In this document: in pieces, positions 39,610 to 52,765 of the stretch | Layout of the letters: each line of letters begins with the position of its first letter | Numbering within the stretch: position 1 is the stretch's first letter | Assembly (NCBI GenBank): GCA_011109175.1 | Contig: RDEW01000002.1 | Location: forward strand, 1,780,111-1,844,110 | DNA: 64,000 bases | DNA from: Dicyema japonicum | Lineage: Eukaryota > Animalia > Dicyemida | Reading direction: 5' to 3' | Made by a program: the position numbers and the translations under genes | Notes under the pieces: generated by a model | Database searches by the model: none | What the model was told of the DNA's origin: nothing | The model's input: the letters and a program-made list of their open reading frames with translations, nothing else

Positions 39610-42310
39610 ATTCAATGACTAGAATTACTGGTGATTCCTCGGTGGACTGTACATGGTGAGTTGGAGTGTGGGTATCGTGGCGACACGTGTTATTCCTCTC
39701 AAAGGGTGGGTACCTATAAGAGCTGTTAATTCCTTGTTCCCCCTCAAAGCAGACTTCCCCGAGTTCCCCCAGACAAGATTCAAATCCTCTGGTATCGTTG
39801 AGTTTGGCCTCCTTTTCTTCTTATTAGGTCTTCCAAGGGGGTTGGTGTAGAATTTAGATCGCCTTTGATCCAGTTTTCTATCACGGAAAACGCTCTTTTT
39901 TGGGTTGCCGCAATTCTCTGTGCATTTGTCCAAGAAATTGAAGGGCCCCATGATCCACATGCATATGATGTGCATGGCTTGACATACTGGCTGCACAGTG
40001 ATTTCAGAACGGGATGACTTCCGATCTTCCATAAACCAGAGATCCCCTTCAAAAGGTTGATATTTTTTTCACATTTGCTTAAAACATTTCCCACGTGGCG
40101 CGAGAAAGTCATATGGGTGTCGAATACTACTCCCAGGATCTTCTGCCATTTTTGGAATGGCAACCTGCTTCTATATCCACTGTCCTGTTGGATATTCTCT
40201 TATCAGAGGTTAGGAGAGACGTAACCGATTTTTCGGGCTGATCGGCAGACTGTTTTCATTTAACCAGTAGATGAAGCAGTTTACAAGTAATTGTAATCTC
40301 CCCGAGGCGACCTGAACGTCTTGGTCCCTGGATGCAATAACAATATCACATCTGCATAAGCCATTAAAAGTCATCCTCATGCTCCGGAGTCGGGATATCA
40401 TTCAAGAATAGGTTGAAGAGTATAGGGGACAGAGGAGATCCTTGGGGTATTCCATTTGGAATTAAATGGGAGCTCAACCGTAGGCTTCCCATACAGATTC
40501 GTCTTCTTCGTCCACAAAAAATTCACCAGCCAGAGTTTGAAATTCCCAGGTATATCCGTCTGATGGATTTTCCTGGTGAGTCTCTTTCTTGGGATGTAGT
40601 CGAATGCCTTGTGAATATCTACGGAACATAGAATTGTCTTTTTGTGCCTGGGTTTGTTGGTGAACCCCGAGAGGGAATAAAATCACTCAGGGATAGTTGG
40701 TGGGTATCCGTCGAGTAAAGGAATTTAAATCCGTGTTGGAATGGTTTCTCTGGGATTGTTCCCCTGATCTTCTGAAGAACTAGTTTTTCCAGAATTTTCG
40801 ACATTGAAGATAGCAACGATACCGGTCTGAATGATGCCGGGTCGTTTTTTGGTTTCCCCATCTTCAATATCGGGGGGATGTAGGCGAGTTTCCATAGTGA
40901 AGGGATCGTATTTTCTTTTAAAGACCAATTATAGATTTTTGTAAGGGTCCTGATCCTCTCCGGTCCAAGATTATTCTGCAGGATAACAGGGATTCCATCT
41001 GGGCCGTGGGAATAGGTAGTCTTTGTATTGAACAGTGCTTCTTTTACATCCGTTTCTGAAAAGTAGGAAGATAAGCGGTCCCTCTTCGGTTTTTTTCAAA
41101 GGAAGTTGATCTGTCTTGATCTTCCGTTTCTCTTTATGGCAATACTTCATAATGGAATTCAGATCCTTCTGGCTGTATTCAGATTCGTCGGTTGGTCTAT
41201 CATCAGTCCTTGATATGTCCTGAATGATTTTCCATACTTGGCGGTTGTCTGATTTCGGTTCAAAGCTGTGAGAACTCGTGACCATTTTGCTTTCTGTATC
41301 TTAAGTTCTTTGGCCTTTATATTTTTATTCAGTCGGAGTTTTGCCTCGGTTGAGCGAATTCCAGCCTTTTTGAGGCTATTTCTTTCCTTGTCCAAAGCCA
41401 TCTTACCAAAGCCTCCTGTGTAGCAGTGTGTCTTATTGGGACAGTCATTTTTCTCCCTTGCAGAATGATGTCATTTATGTGATACACCGCCTTGTCAAGG
41501 GATGAGAAATCCTCCAGATTTACGTCAGCTAAACGATGTTCAGTAATAATCCGGAAAAGGTTTCAGTTTGCGGATTTGTATATGTAGGTCGGCTTCTTAT
41601 CACAAAATACTTCCCTCCTGATCTTCAATAATTTCCACCGGAGATACCGAGAAAAATAGGGTTGTGGTCGCTTCTGGCATCGTATATGACGGACCAAGTT
41701 ACTCTTGTAGAGAGGGTTGGGGAGCAGAGAGTGAAGAGTTGGGGAGCAGAGAGTGATGTTGGTTGGTCAGAATTCCTGAAAGGGGTTCTTGTGTATTTCG
41801 AGAGGTCATTAATGATCATCAGTTTTCCAGACTGCGAGAGTAGAAGTCTTCCTCTTGCATCGACAGGCTGACTTGACAGCCAAAAGGGATGTTTGGCATT
41901 CATATCTCCGCAGATCAAGATATCCCCCATATTTTCCAAAGTAGATAAGTCAACCACTTCTTAAGGCATGAGCCAGGAGGAGGTATATAGACGTTCACCA
42001 GAAACAATTTTCTTTTTGGTGAACTCGCAGAGATTCCAATGGTTTCCGTGGTTTCATCGTCACCAAGGAATTTCCTTATTTCTGATGAACATTCCAGATA
42101 CTTGACTCCCTTTCTAATAATCGTTAGTAGTCCACCACATTTCTTTGTACGATCTTTCCGAATAACATTAAATCCAGGAAAAATAGGCGTAGAGTCCTGA
42201 TCAATTTAGACTCTTGAATTAGTAGAATGTCAATTTTGATTTTTTGAGATGAGTGTTCTGAGCTCCAAGATTTTACCCTTGATTCCATTTACGTTGAGCT
42301 GGATCACTGA
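39610..42310 (-). mobile_element. Near full-length degenerate LINE (APE endonuclease plus RT)
   Basis: QLNVNGI, ICGDMNAKHPFW, SDHNPI, DPASFRPVSLLSSMSKILEK, QHGF, GIPQGSPLSPILF, LGVVFDTHMTF. Confidence 0.9.
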
Positions 42311-42696
42311 AATCCAGTCCTTTTGTTTTCGAGGGGCACACGTCCGGGAAGATGATACCGATCCAGAAATTCGCCAACCGGGGGTAACATTACTCTCCGG
42401 TGGAAGAAAGCAGATGGTCTTTTTCTGAAGTGCGTTACGCGCACTCTGAGCGCCTCCATGGCTATTCTGTCTGGTGTATCACATGACGCCGCGTTTATTG
42501 GAGTTAAAAAATTAAACTTTATGTATGTGACCAGGAAGTAGCAATGACATCGCCTGATCGTTCCTTTCCCCCTTATTAACCGCAGATGGTGTACGACCAA
42601 ATATACTCTTAGAATGATTACAAGCGATGTCACTTTTGATCGGCTGCCTCTAAATTTAGAATAAATGTGCAATGATTAAAGACAAAATTAAAAAAA

Positions 42697-43156
42697 TCAA
42701 TCCAAATCCGCTAATTTTAGGACATCCTCGACTTTAATAATTTCACCGTTCAGAACTTCCTCTATTTTATCATACATTTGATTTTTGGCGGGATTTTCTG
42801 TAACTTTCACTTCAGCTGTTGCTTCGTTAAATCTTTGTAAAACAAGCTGAGCGATCTCCTTCAACTCAACCACTCCTTGACGGAATGTCTGAAGTGCTGA
42901 AATGCCAGGACGTGTCTCAATGCTAAAATCAACAGGAAATTTACTTCACATAGATCTCTCGTTCTGAAGGGTGAGGCATAGAGTAGCCGTACATTTTTAC
43001 TCCAGGTTGAGCGCCTAACACTGTTGATAGGGCGTTGCCTAGGGTGTGATCCTCATCTCTCATGAGTAATGTCACGTGTGTATCATCACTTGCATTATCT
43101 GAAGAAATTTTCTCAAATTTAGGTTTAGGAGCTCTTCTTACTGGACCGTCAACCAT
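42697..43156 (-). CDS. POLR1D: RNA polymerase I/III subunit RPAC2 (AC19)
   Basis: EDHTLGNAL...GYSMPHPSE; one 22-nt intron (gtaaatttcctgttgattttag). Confidence 0.92.
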
Positions 43157-44435
43157 CACACAACAAATAAACGTTATATTTAAATTTATTTATTTAGAAA
43201 ATATTTAATTACATTATTAAATTATATAATAAAATAATAAATAATTTATAAAAATTAGATAACTCTCATTGGCTTAACGTAACATCGGATTTAAAGGTTG
43301 TGGGTTCGAAACTGAAAGATGGAGTTTTCAGCGAATTTAATTCTTGTCAAACAGATCCCACCCATGAAGCGACGAGTCCTTCTGGCATGCCAAAGTAGTT
43401 AAAAGGTATCTTCCTACTCTCTCCCTGACCAAATCCTCTGGTGAAGATTATATTATGAAAACTATTCCGCCGAAGAATGAAGTGATGTCCGCGACGGTAG
43501 GACGTGTGATGAAAATGGACGATGGTGGACTAGTTCTCCATCTCTCTTCTGATCGGAAGCCTGTCTGAAGTATTGGTAGATGGTTTTGGTCGGCACAAGC
43601 AGCTGTTCTCCCTCTTGTTCCTTTCTTGGATTAATTAGTAATGATTGTTTTTGCTAGGCTTACCATTGTAAGCCTAGTTATTGTAAGCAGTATTCGCATC
43701 TTAGTCTAATAGATTTCTAGGGGAAGTGATTACGAACTAAATGTAACACAATCCCCAATAATCAGGTATCCAATCAATGTGGTTGGTAAATGTTGTTTAT
43801 GTTATTCATTCAGCTTAGTCTGGTAAATTTTGTCTACAATTTTCTAGTGGCATTAGATCGGGAGCATTTGCCAAGTTCTAACAATGTATCCATCGACATG
43901 ATACGAGTTGACTAATACGCTGGCAGAAAGTACATAGAGGAGCTACTAGGTGGCTTTTAAGTGTTACCAGATGTCCTAGGCCCCTGAGAAAAGAATAGAT
44001 TACAGCGTATCACTCCAGGTGTTATGAAAGCAAACATCAAACTTGCTAAATTGGATAACCAAAACTTGTTTATCATTCGAATATTTCAGTCTTAAAAACG
44101 ATAAAAGATAAACGATAAAGTAGAAATACTCAACCTTTGGAGATCGTTTCCAGTTCTCCCCAATCGCCTTCGAATTTCTGAAACAGTAGGAAAATAAGTA
44201 AAGGGGTCGCTAACAAGATTGAAAATGCGTCGTGGCACAACTCAGAGACCCTCACAAACGAAATGGTTTTCAAAGTGTTTGGGAATGGAGATGCTAATTT
44301 TCCAATGGAGCATGATTTGTTACTAATTTTTACTAAAATAAATATTTAAAAATTAAAAAATAAATATAATAATATATTTTAGAATGGTTAACCTACAATT
44401 ACAATTATAAATAGCGTATTTGCGCAAGTAAATTA

Positions 44436-44869
44436 ATGTCGTCTACGCAATCAGGTAGGGTGTTATTTGACAATCAAGTTCTATCTACTACTGGATACGT
44501 TTCTTGGTATAATGTGGATAGAGGATTCGGTTTTATAGAAAGGTATTATTATTAAGTTTAAAATAGGGCTGATAACGGCCATTTTATTTTTGTCCACGTG
44601 GTAATTTTTATACTGAAATAATAGAGCAACATAGCACAAATATCTCAAAACAATACATGGAGTCTCGATAAGGGAGAACATGTAGAATTTGAAGTTAGAA
44701 ATGGAAAAGGGGCGTTGAAGCCGTTAATGTGAATGGAGTAAATGGTAAAAAACCGTTTGGAAATCGTTCGTTCGACTTGGTTTTATTTCTTATTACTTTT
44801 AGGACGGCTTAGTATTCCATCCGCACAGAAGGCCTGTTAAAAAAACAGTCTGATAATAGTGTTTCGTAA
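44436..44869 (+). CDS. Small cold-shock-domain (Y-box-like) protein, micro-introns, 1-nt frameshift near 44708
   Basis: TGYVSWYNVDRGFGFIER|ADNGHFIFVHV|SNI...GEHVEFEV...EAVNVNG; intron positions match animal Y-box genes; absent from the ORF track. Confidence 0.85.
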
Positions 44870-45256
44870 TTATTTTTTTCATTACTGTTTTATTTTGGTG
44901 TAAAGTTTGATAAAAAAGAAATATCGAACAAATCATTAGGAGTAAGTTAATTAATAGTCTGACTTATTAATTGTCTACCCACGTTGTATAGATTAAATAA
45001 TTGTTAATATCTTCATAATACCACTGATCAGTCTAATAGCTTCATAGAACGTGGTTAAATCACGTGGTTGAGTTTTGCATCACACTGATTGTTGATTCTC
45101 TTCTTTATTCAATTACCTTTCAAGATATTGGACTTATATTCCAGGACCCATGGTATCGATGACCATCCATTCTACTGGAGTATACGGATTCGTAATCTTT
45201 GTTGTCCGATATACATTTAACTTTTTTTAAAGGAAAACAATTTATTAACAAAAAAT

Positions 45257-46370
45257 TTAAATAATTAAGCCTTTGCAGATAGGATTCCGTTTACGTTTCC
45301 ACGTAATACGGCAATCCCGTGTCGTTGCCTTTGCCAGAACGATTTGCGGGGTTCTTTTTATCGGCTCGCTAGTTTCCTTCCTATTTCTTTCAGAAAGGCC
45401 GCAGTGACAGATCCTATGGCTCCGACGTTTATATGGCCACTGATGTGAATCGGCATCGGTCTCTAATGGCCGACTACTTCTGGATCTTGGGCGATTCTGT
45501 TTCTGAGCAGATCTCAGAAGGAGCGAAGTGGAGAAGGTATCCACACAGGTTGGATCCCAGACCAATGATTTTCCGTGCAAATATGGGAAAAGTGTAATTC
45601 CGTCTGACCTCTTACCATCTCCACGATCCAGTCCAACAGAATCCAGTTAAGTTGGGAAGCTTAGAGAGTTCGCATAATAATATTATTCAATGCAGTGCGA
45701 CGAGGTGAGCGACCTGCACTCCTTTTGCAAGACAAAGGATGTAGTCCTTTGGTGTCAACTGTTCCTCCACAACGGCATCTGTGTTTCTGGCAGACGTCAA
45801 GTCCCAATCATTGTGCTATTCCGATTCTCACATAGTTGTCGTCCATAAGAGTTCCGAAAGAAGCGGATGAAAATGCCTGGAGCCATGCATCACTCCCATG
45901 TTGTGCAGCAGATAGCCAACAGGCAAGCCGGCGTTGGTTCGAATCTTTCTTTAGGCTATCGACGATAGTCTTGAGGAAGAGACATCATCTGGGATTGGAA
46001 ACACTGCTTTCCTCCACTGCAAGCAAGCTTCGTCAAATACTGTGTTCAAGGAAAGTCCAGTGGGGTGACGTAGGATTTCCCGGACGAGATGACTGCAGCT
46101 CGAAAGCGACTATAGGTATGCCGGATGGGCGATCTCTAAAGCCGATCTTAGACCAACTCCTCCGAGAGTTAAAGGAAGTTTTCATTGTGTCCAACCCAAT
46201 TCGTCAAAACGTAAATTCAGTACTGACTCGACTATTTGCCTTAACGTCTGATCCAGGCTCAGTAGCAAATCTCGATGGCCGAAGCACGGGGAACTCCGCA
46301 GAGCGTATTGCAATTTCGGCAAACATAAGCGTCTCCTCACGAGGTGAGAGAAATTCAAACGAGGAATGAA
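45257..46370 (-). mobile_element. CRE-like retrotransposon, 3' half
   Basis: Zinc knuckle HRCRCG...LSC, GLDRGDGKRSDGITLFP, GKSLVWDPTCVDTFS. Confidence 0.85.
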
Positions 46371-49089
46371 TTAAACTTCAAAGCATTGTCAGGTGCATCT
46401 ACCTCTTGTGATCAGGAGATGATTCAGATTTTTTTATCATAATAAAATATTAAATTTGAACAATATACAAACGAGAATATTTTTAATTGTGACGAAACCC
46501 TTTTTTTAATCAAACTTGCATCATACAAATCATTTTTGAAAACTGGTGAAAAAACACGTGGCTTCAAACTGAGTAAAGATAGAGCGCTCTCCATCTATGC
46601 TGTAGATACACTAGACAAAAATTCTAACCATTCATAATGTTTGATGAAATTGAAGATGATGATGCATATCTCTATGATGATATCGACTGAACCATCAACA
46701 TCAAAAAGTTTATGGAAAACCTAGAGACAAAAAAATTTGATTTGATTCCAGACAATCTTTATGATTTTTATGAATCAGAAAGAAAGTGAGTGTAGGAATA
46801 AAAAGTAAATATAAATATAGAAAGAAAATAACTGATTACTTTAAAAAATAATGTTCTTTTCGTTTATTTATCGAACTATATAGAAAACCTCTGTTTGGGG
46901 GAAACCTCTGATTTGTCTCTTTAACACTCCCAGGTGTGATTATTCCACTTGACCTAAACGTTTCAAGGGTTATTTGGATAAATTATCCATAAAGGGGCAA
47001 TAAGGACTTGATTAGCCGTTTCTGACGAAACTCTCAAGAATATGGTCGTTGAACACTTACAAGGATTAAATGTGACTAAGAGTTCATTCCGACCATCTCG
47101 TGGAACTGAAATGTGGTAGTAACGAAGACCTCACAAGAGGAAAGACGATTGGCTTGGATGGTGAGAGAAGGGATAAAGGTGAGTCTAAGAGGAGGACAGA
47201 TTTCCATATCTGAATTATAGGACTACCACTAAAAAGTGAAATTACAGACATTTATGCACGTTTATTATCATTTTTGAGGGATTCGAACACACGTGAACAA
47301 TCAAGACTGCTATTGCAGCTTGACCCATAAACCCTCACGAGTGGAGATGGTTTTCACGACCATCGTCAAGGTCAATGCTCAGTGTCTCTTGTCTGTTGGC
47401 GCATAGTCACTGATGTCTTTGTTTCTGGTTCTGAATAAAGCTAACACGAATAGCGAAGATCTCCCAATTGAGGTCCTTTAAGGATTCACAGTTGGGGTTC
47501 TGGTGAGTATAACTGAAATTTGATGAGCAAAGACGTATTTGATCTTCACCTTAGAAATTAGTGTAGTACCTGTAGTTTGAATTTTGCTGATACCTCCCGT
47601 TCGATCTTGGAGTAAGGTTACAGAGGTACGCGAATAACATCTGGTTGGCCTATCTCTTGTACATTTAATATCTTCATCCCCTCAAAGTTGATATAACTTC
47701 TCCACCTTCTTGATGGACTCGGGAGACATTGCATACTTGGGGTTATGAAATTAGAAAGCATCCGATACGCCAATATCTATTTTCGAATCCCTCCTGGCAA
47801 AATTGTGGGAGATTGGGGGGAACCGTCTACCTTGGGAAGGAACAAGGGAATTAGCCATGGTAGTGGTCGACAGGCGAAATTCTCTATACGTCAGTCCTCG
47901 TAACGGTCTCCGTGTGATCAGCTTCATTTATGGATAGTAAAAAGTGGAAAATTAATATTGAGTTTTATAGAACAAAAGAGTCCCCCAAATCGACGACTGG
48001 CTTTCATCACGTGGTCTGGGCTAGTTAACACTTGTGACTCCCATTTCTAACGCAATAACACAAAGTCAGTCATTAATCAATTCCCGGACAGGGGGACAAA
48101 GATAGTATATACAATTGTCCTGATCTCTGCCATAACTGTCTCCCTGTAGCAGTCGATAGGTTTTGAGAAACTCCGAGAAAAATATCAGCAAATTCGTATA
48201 AATTTCTTTCTTAATTCCTACCACACCTGATCTATGGGAATGTTCTTGGCTGTTACGTGGGATTGCAACCTTAGGTGGCTTCAATTCGGCTTCCTTAGTA
48301 AATGATCTGAGTCAATAGTCTTTTCTTTAAGACCGATCTAAATTTGTTTGATTGTTGGGGGATGAACAGTTTGACTCAGAATTTATGATATCAACGTGCT
48401 TTAGTGTCTAATAGTTCATTGTGGTGAACTGCAGCTTCCTTCTCTTTCGCACACATCTCATTTCAACCAATATATCTCCTCCTCATTTAGCCACATAAAT
48501 ATGTAGAACTCTGATTTGGTCCCTAAAGTGACGATATATTTCATTTTATGAAAATGAATTTTTGACCTCTTCTAAATGGGGACCAGTCTTTCATGGTCTC
48601 TAGCACTGTTTCGATATCAAAAAGATTATTTTTTACCTCCTTTGGTATCACGTGCAGAAAATTTTCTCATTCTTACCAAATCACTTTCTTACGTGCAATG
48701 GATTGGTGATAGTAAAAAGGAGGAGACAGTCGAGAAGAGAGATGGCTGATACCTGACCTCCTTACGAGTCGTATGAGGGCATGTGATTCAATCAGAGAGC
48801 TGCTTTTAGTGAACTTAGTCAAACTATATTATAGCCATCAGCGCAGATCGCTTGCACACAGGCAGCTATCGAACATAAGAATTGATATAACATACAGTAG
48901 ATCTTCTCGATATCCCCCAGGTTGAGAAATACTGTATTAATTGACTTATAAACTCGTATTTTAGGATTCCATATGTATTATCATTAATTGGAATTTCCTC
49001 GTTGATTTTGAAGTTGTGGGGGATGATTCGTTATTACCGTCTATTCGTGTTCTCAGAAAAAGACCCTATTCGTGTTCCCCCACAATTAT

Positions 49090-49800
49090 TGTTGGGTGTC
49101 TCTTTAAACTCCACTTTGCACGTTAGAACAGTTTACAAATGTCAAGTCCTCGATTTTTCCACGAATGACGTGTCGACGTCTTTTAAATTGATTTCTTTGT
49201 ACGCAACATAAGATCCTTTCCGGCCTCACTTTTTTTGAATATCGACAATGAGACTTGAAAACTTTGGTTGTAAAAGTGATCCGGTATTCGTTTTCCGAGG
49301 CGTATTCGACTCCTACTTGAGGAAGGCTTGAGAATTTCGGCACAAGAGAGATAGAATATCGGGAGGCAATCTTGCAGCCAACCATCTGAAGACAAATCTG
49401 ACCGCAATCGGTCGCGCTTCGCTCCCTTCTTATCGAAAGAGATTAGGTTGTCAGAGAACAGGACGTGGACGACCACTTCGGGAATCCTCCGTACAAACTC
49501 CGGTTAGTTTAGTAATTGAATGTGTAGACAAAGTCCTGGATCTCCAACGGACAAAGATGTCAGGTCTTTCAGATGACCAGGTCATATTCCGTCAAGGCCA
49601 CCACTGTTGGGGGTAAAATTCCGTATCGCGATAAGTATTTCATCGTTTGATGGGTCAGTAAAGTCACCTCCTGAGTTAGGTGGACCCTTCAGGGAGGAAA
49701 AAAATATTCATCAATTAGCCACATGGAACCAGGCAGACATTATATTCAGTCTTTTCATCTTTAGTATTATCCCTGAACCTACCCTAGAGCACCCTAATTA
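49090..49800 (-). mobile_element. CRE-like RT N-terminal fragment
   Basis: VLFSDNLISFDKKG...RPIAVRFVFRWL, PQVGV. Confidence 0.6.
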
Positions 49801-49949
49801 CCCACGTGAAAAACAATCTGTTTCTAGACCTATTATCTTTAAATACTGTCCTTGCGATTTATTGTCACTCCAAACTTACCTGTAGTCTCTTGAAGAACAT
49901 CTCGTCTAAAATTAATGAATTTTTGGATCTATATGTCTTCTTTTTGCCG

Positions 49950-51470
49950 GCCCTGCATAGCTTATGTTAACCGAGGCCCTTTCTTAAGATTCAGGATGCG
50001 CTATGGAAATCCTGGAATATCGAAAGAATTTAAAACTTTTAGTTCTATCGTCTGACCCTTCTGAAACTCAAAAGTCATGAGAGCTATCGAAGACGCCGGT
50101 TTACTTCCTTCTGGAACCCTTCGGTCTTGACAGAGGTGAGGCAAGAGGCCAGGTGGCGTAACAACCATGCTATGGAGCCAGGGGATGTGTCTTGTTTGGG
50201 ATTCAACGTTGACGGAACATAAGATTAAGTTGACCAAGGCACAGCAGCTTGTAAGGGACGATGGAATTGCCAAATCGGCTGGAGACCTCAGACCAATTCC
50301 CCCAAACCTTATCGTGAGCTTTCCTTGGGACAGCCAGTGTTATCAAATCGGATATTTGTAATTTATTCAGTCGTCTGTCTAAAAAGGTCCCCCAGAGATT
50401 TGGGAGAATCAGACTCTTAGAAAAAATTTCCATCCCAGACAAGGATAGAAGGACATCTAAGGAGAACCGAACAGAAGTCTTAACTATCCTCGCATCAGGG
50501 AACAAGGGCGCTCCAAAGCGGGTTTGGATTATGGAAAACTCGTCCGGTGGAAAACTAACATTTATGATTTCTGTTTTCCGCACATTCACTTGCAGGCCAA
50601 GGTCTGACAGTAAGTACAGCAATTCCAGAGAGTCTATAATCGAGGCGTCTCCACCAATCGTTCCGTCATCGAGGTACCAAATAATAAGAGGGTCCGAGAT
50701 CTTCTGAATAACATGGTCAATAGTAATGGAGAGAAGAGATGTCCAACGGGATCACCTTGCTGAACGATGTCCGAAGACAAGCGAACTCTCAAATCCGTGA
50801 GAAAGATGCACAAATTTGGCCATTTCAGGCGTCCTAGAAACGTAGAACTCCATAATGCGGTCACGCCTGAGGGAATTGAATACATTGGAGATATCTAACT
50901 TCAAAAGTTGTTTCCGATGTCTCAGATCACAGGAAGAGGTAAACAAGCTTGTTGAACAAATAGCTGCCTCACAACCATGAGGGACACCAACGCCCATCTG
51001 GGTTGGAGACATCTCACTCAGAAGGTTACATACAAGTTTCACTGAATATCTGAAAAAAATTCCCTACAGCAATCGGACGAATACCGTCCGGTTTGTTGAA
51101 TTCGTGTAAAAGAGCACCAAAGAGATGGTTCCTCACAGAAGGGTCGATATCTGTTGACAAAATTTGTAAGAGATCTGATTAAGTTTCCCCCGCTCGGCAG
51201 GGCATCTAAGATGAGATCTTTTACATGCCCAGGCCGTAAACCATCAATCCTACCACTACTAGAGCTGCAGAGAGAGCGAAATCCATTATCAACTGACTAC
51301 TCTGAAATGACGGGGACTGGAAGACTGCTTGTTTCCTAGTGATCGTGTCCTAGGTTGAAGTTGAAGTCGAATAGGGGGTAATAGTGTTATTTGATTCAAT
51401 CACCCACAGGTTTGGTTATCATTTGTACAGCGGAATTCTCCATAATAGAGGGAAATGGTTAAGAATGAGG
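49950..51470 (-). mobile_element. CRE-like retrotransposon, 5' and RT region, degenerate
   Basis: DGLRPGH, GIRPIAVG, QMGVGVPHGCEAA, LKLDISNVFNSL, VQQGDPVG, WYLDDG, LGLQVNVRKTE. Confidence 0.85.
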
Positions 51471-51479
51471 CCATTATTG

Positions 51480-51605
51480 AATGATTCGTGCGCTTTGTGA
51501 ACGTTAAATTTGAGCATTAAAAAATGTCAGATATTCCTGAGCGCCTTACTTTTTTAAAAGATTCTCATCAATAAAAAATTCCTATTCTTTTTATGGGACC
51601 CTGTC
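51480..51605 (-). repeat. Retroelement leader/promoter repeat, copy A
   Basis: CCCATAAAAAG...CTCAAATTTAACGTTCACAAAGC on the minus strand; matches 53930-54180, 58540-59090 and 59150-59290. Confidence 0.8.
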
Positions 51606-52110
51606 TGTGCCTTCGTTCACTTGTTTGTTCGCCTGAATTATAAAGCATGTAAACTCTAGTACATTCGTAACGCACGTGAGTTGACGGGGCTTCTTTCTCT
51701 TCAAGGATAGAGAAGTAGATAGAGTGCTTCCAGTGCTGGCATCGATTGCAAACAATCATCAATCCATCCGTCTACTAATCCATTAGAGTACCTCGTGGAA
51801 TCCGCAGGGACAGTTGACTCCAAGGTAGGGACTCTCAACACACTCCTCCGTCTTATTAAAATCAGTTATTACTGACGGATTTAATACACTCGGTAGTCAT
51901 CTTCGGACTTTGTTACATTGGAGATCCAAAAAGCTATCAAATCAGTGTGGTTTTTTGCACCTTTTAAAGAACTCGGGAATACAATCTCTTAGCAGGAGAA
52001 AATCGATCGGTCCTAAAGAATGATAGACGATCTCGGAAACACTTCCATAAAACAGTTAAGCATCATGGAATGAGAATTCGGTCATTTTTGAAGCTTGGAT
52101 CCCCTAATAG
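51606..52110 (-). pseudogene. HORMAD/Hop1-like fragment: HORMA C-terminal remnant plus PHD finger, disrupted
   Basis: VNCPCGFHE|20-nt intron|TDGLMIVCNRCQHWKHSIYFSILEEKEAPSTHVRYEC resembles the PHD of invertebrate HORMAD; upstream YGSVSEIVYHSL; two Zn ligands lost, stops present. Confidence 0.55.
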
Positions 52111-52444
52111 CAAAAAATCAAAATGATATTAAATAATTTTGTGGGAAGGCCATACAAATAACATCAGCCTCCCTCAGTATCGACCTCAAATTTTCCAGTG
52201 TTTCCCTTGGAAAACGTAGTCTCAACTGTTCTTGGTGTTTCTTCGTTCCTTTGCTATCGTGAGAGGCAACACACTTCAATTATAAATAGATTTATTAATA
52301 AATTTATTTTATTTGTTTTTAAAAATTGTTTTACAATATGGCAAACCTAAACCTTTTAATACAATAGTACATTATTCGGCGTGTAGTTGCCACCTTGTTT
52401 GTTTGTTTCTTTTTCCTTAATTTTACCTTTATCTGTTCTATTGT

Positions 52445-52765
52445 CAAATATTATCTTTATTATTATATTATTGGATCATCAAATAGCATTGATGGCTGTT
52501 ATCTAAATGACTGATATATATTTTGATAACCTATAAATTTGGATTATTCTCAACGATTTAATTTTCCCTACTTATTGCCCACTTTTTTCTATCAACTACA
52601 TTTGAATTATGAAATTTATTTCCTGAAACTGTATCGCCTTAGATCTATCAACAATATTATTGGATCCTCAAATAGTGTTGATGCTGTTATCAAAATGTCT
52701 AAAATATATATATTTTGCTGACCTATAAAAATATTGATTATTCAACAATATTTGATTTTCAATAC
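52445..52765. repeat. Local duplication of about 110 bp (52445-52565 and 52655-52765)
   Basis: TATTATTGGATC.TCAAATAG..TTGATG.CTGTTATC...ACCTATAAA...GATTATTC occurs twice. Confidence 0.7.

Noticed and set aside
47500-48300. Possible Gypsy RT/integrase remnants
   Set aside because: Motifs too degraded to support a call
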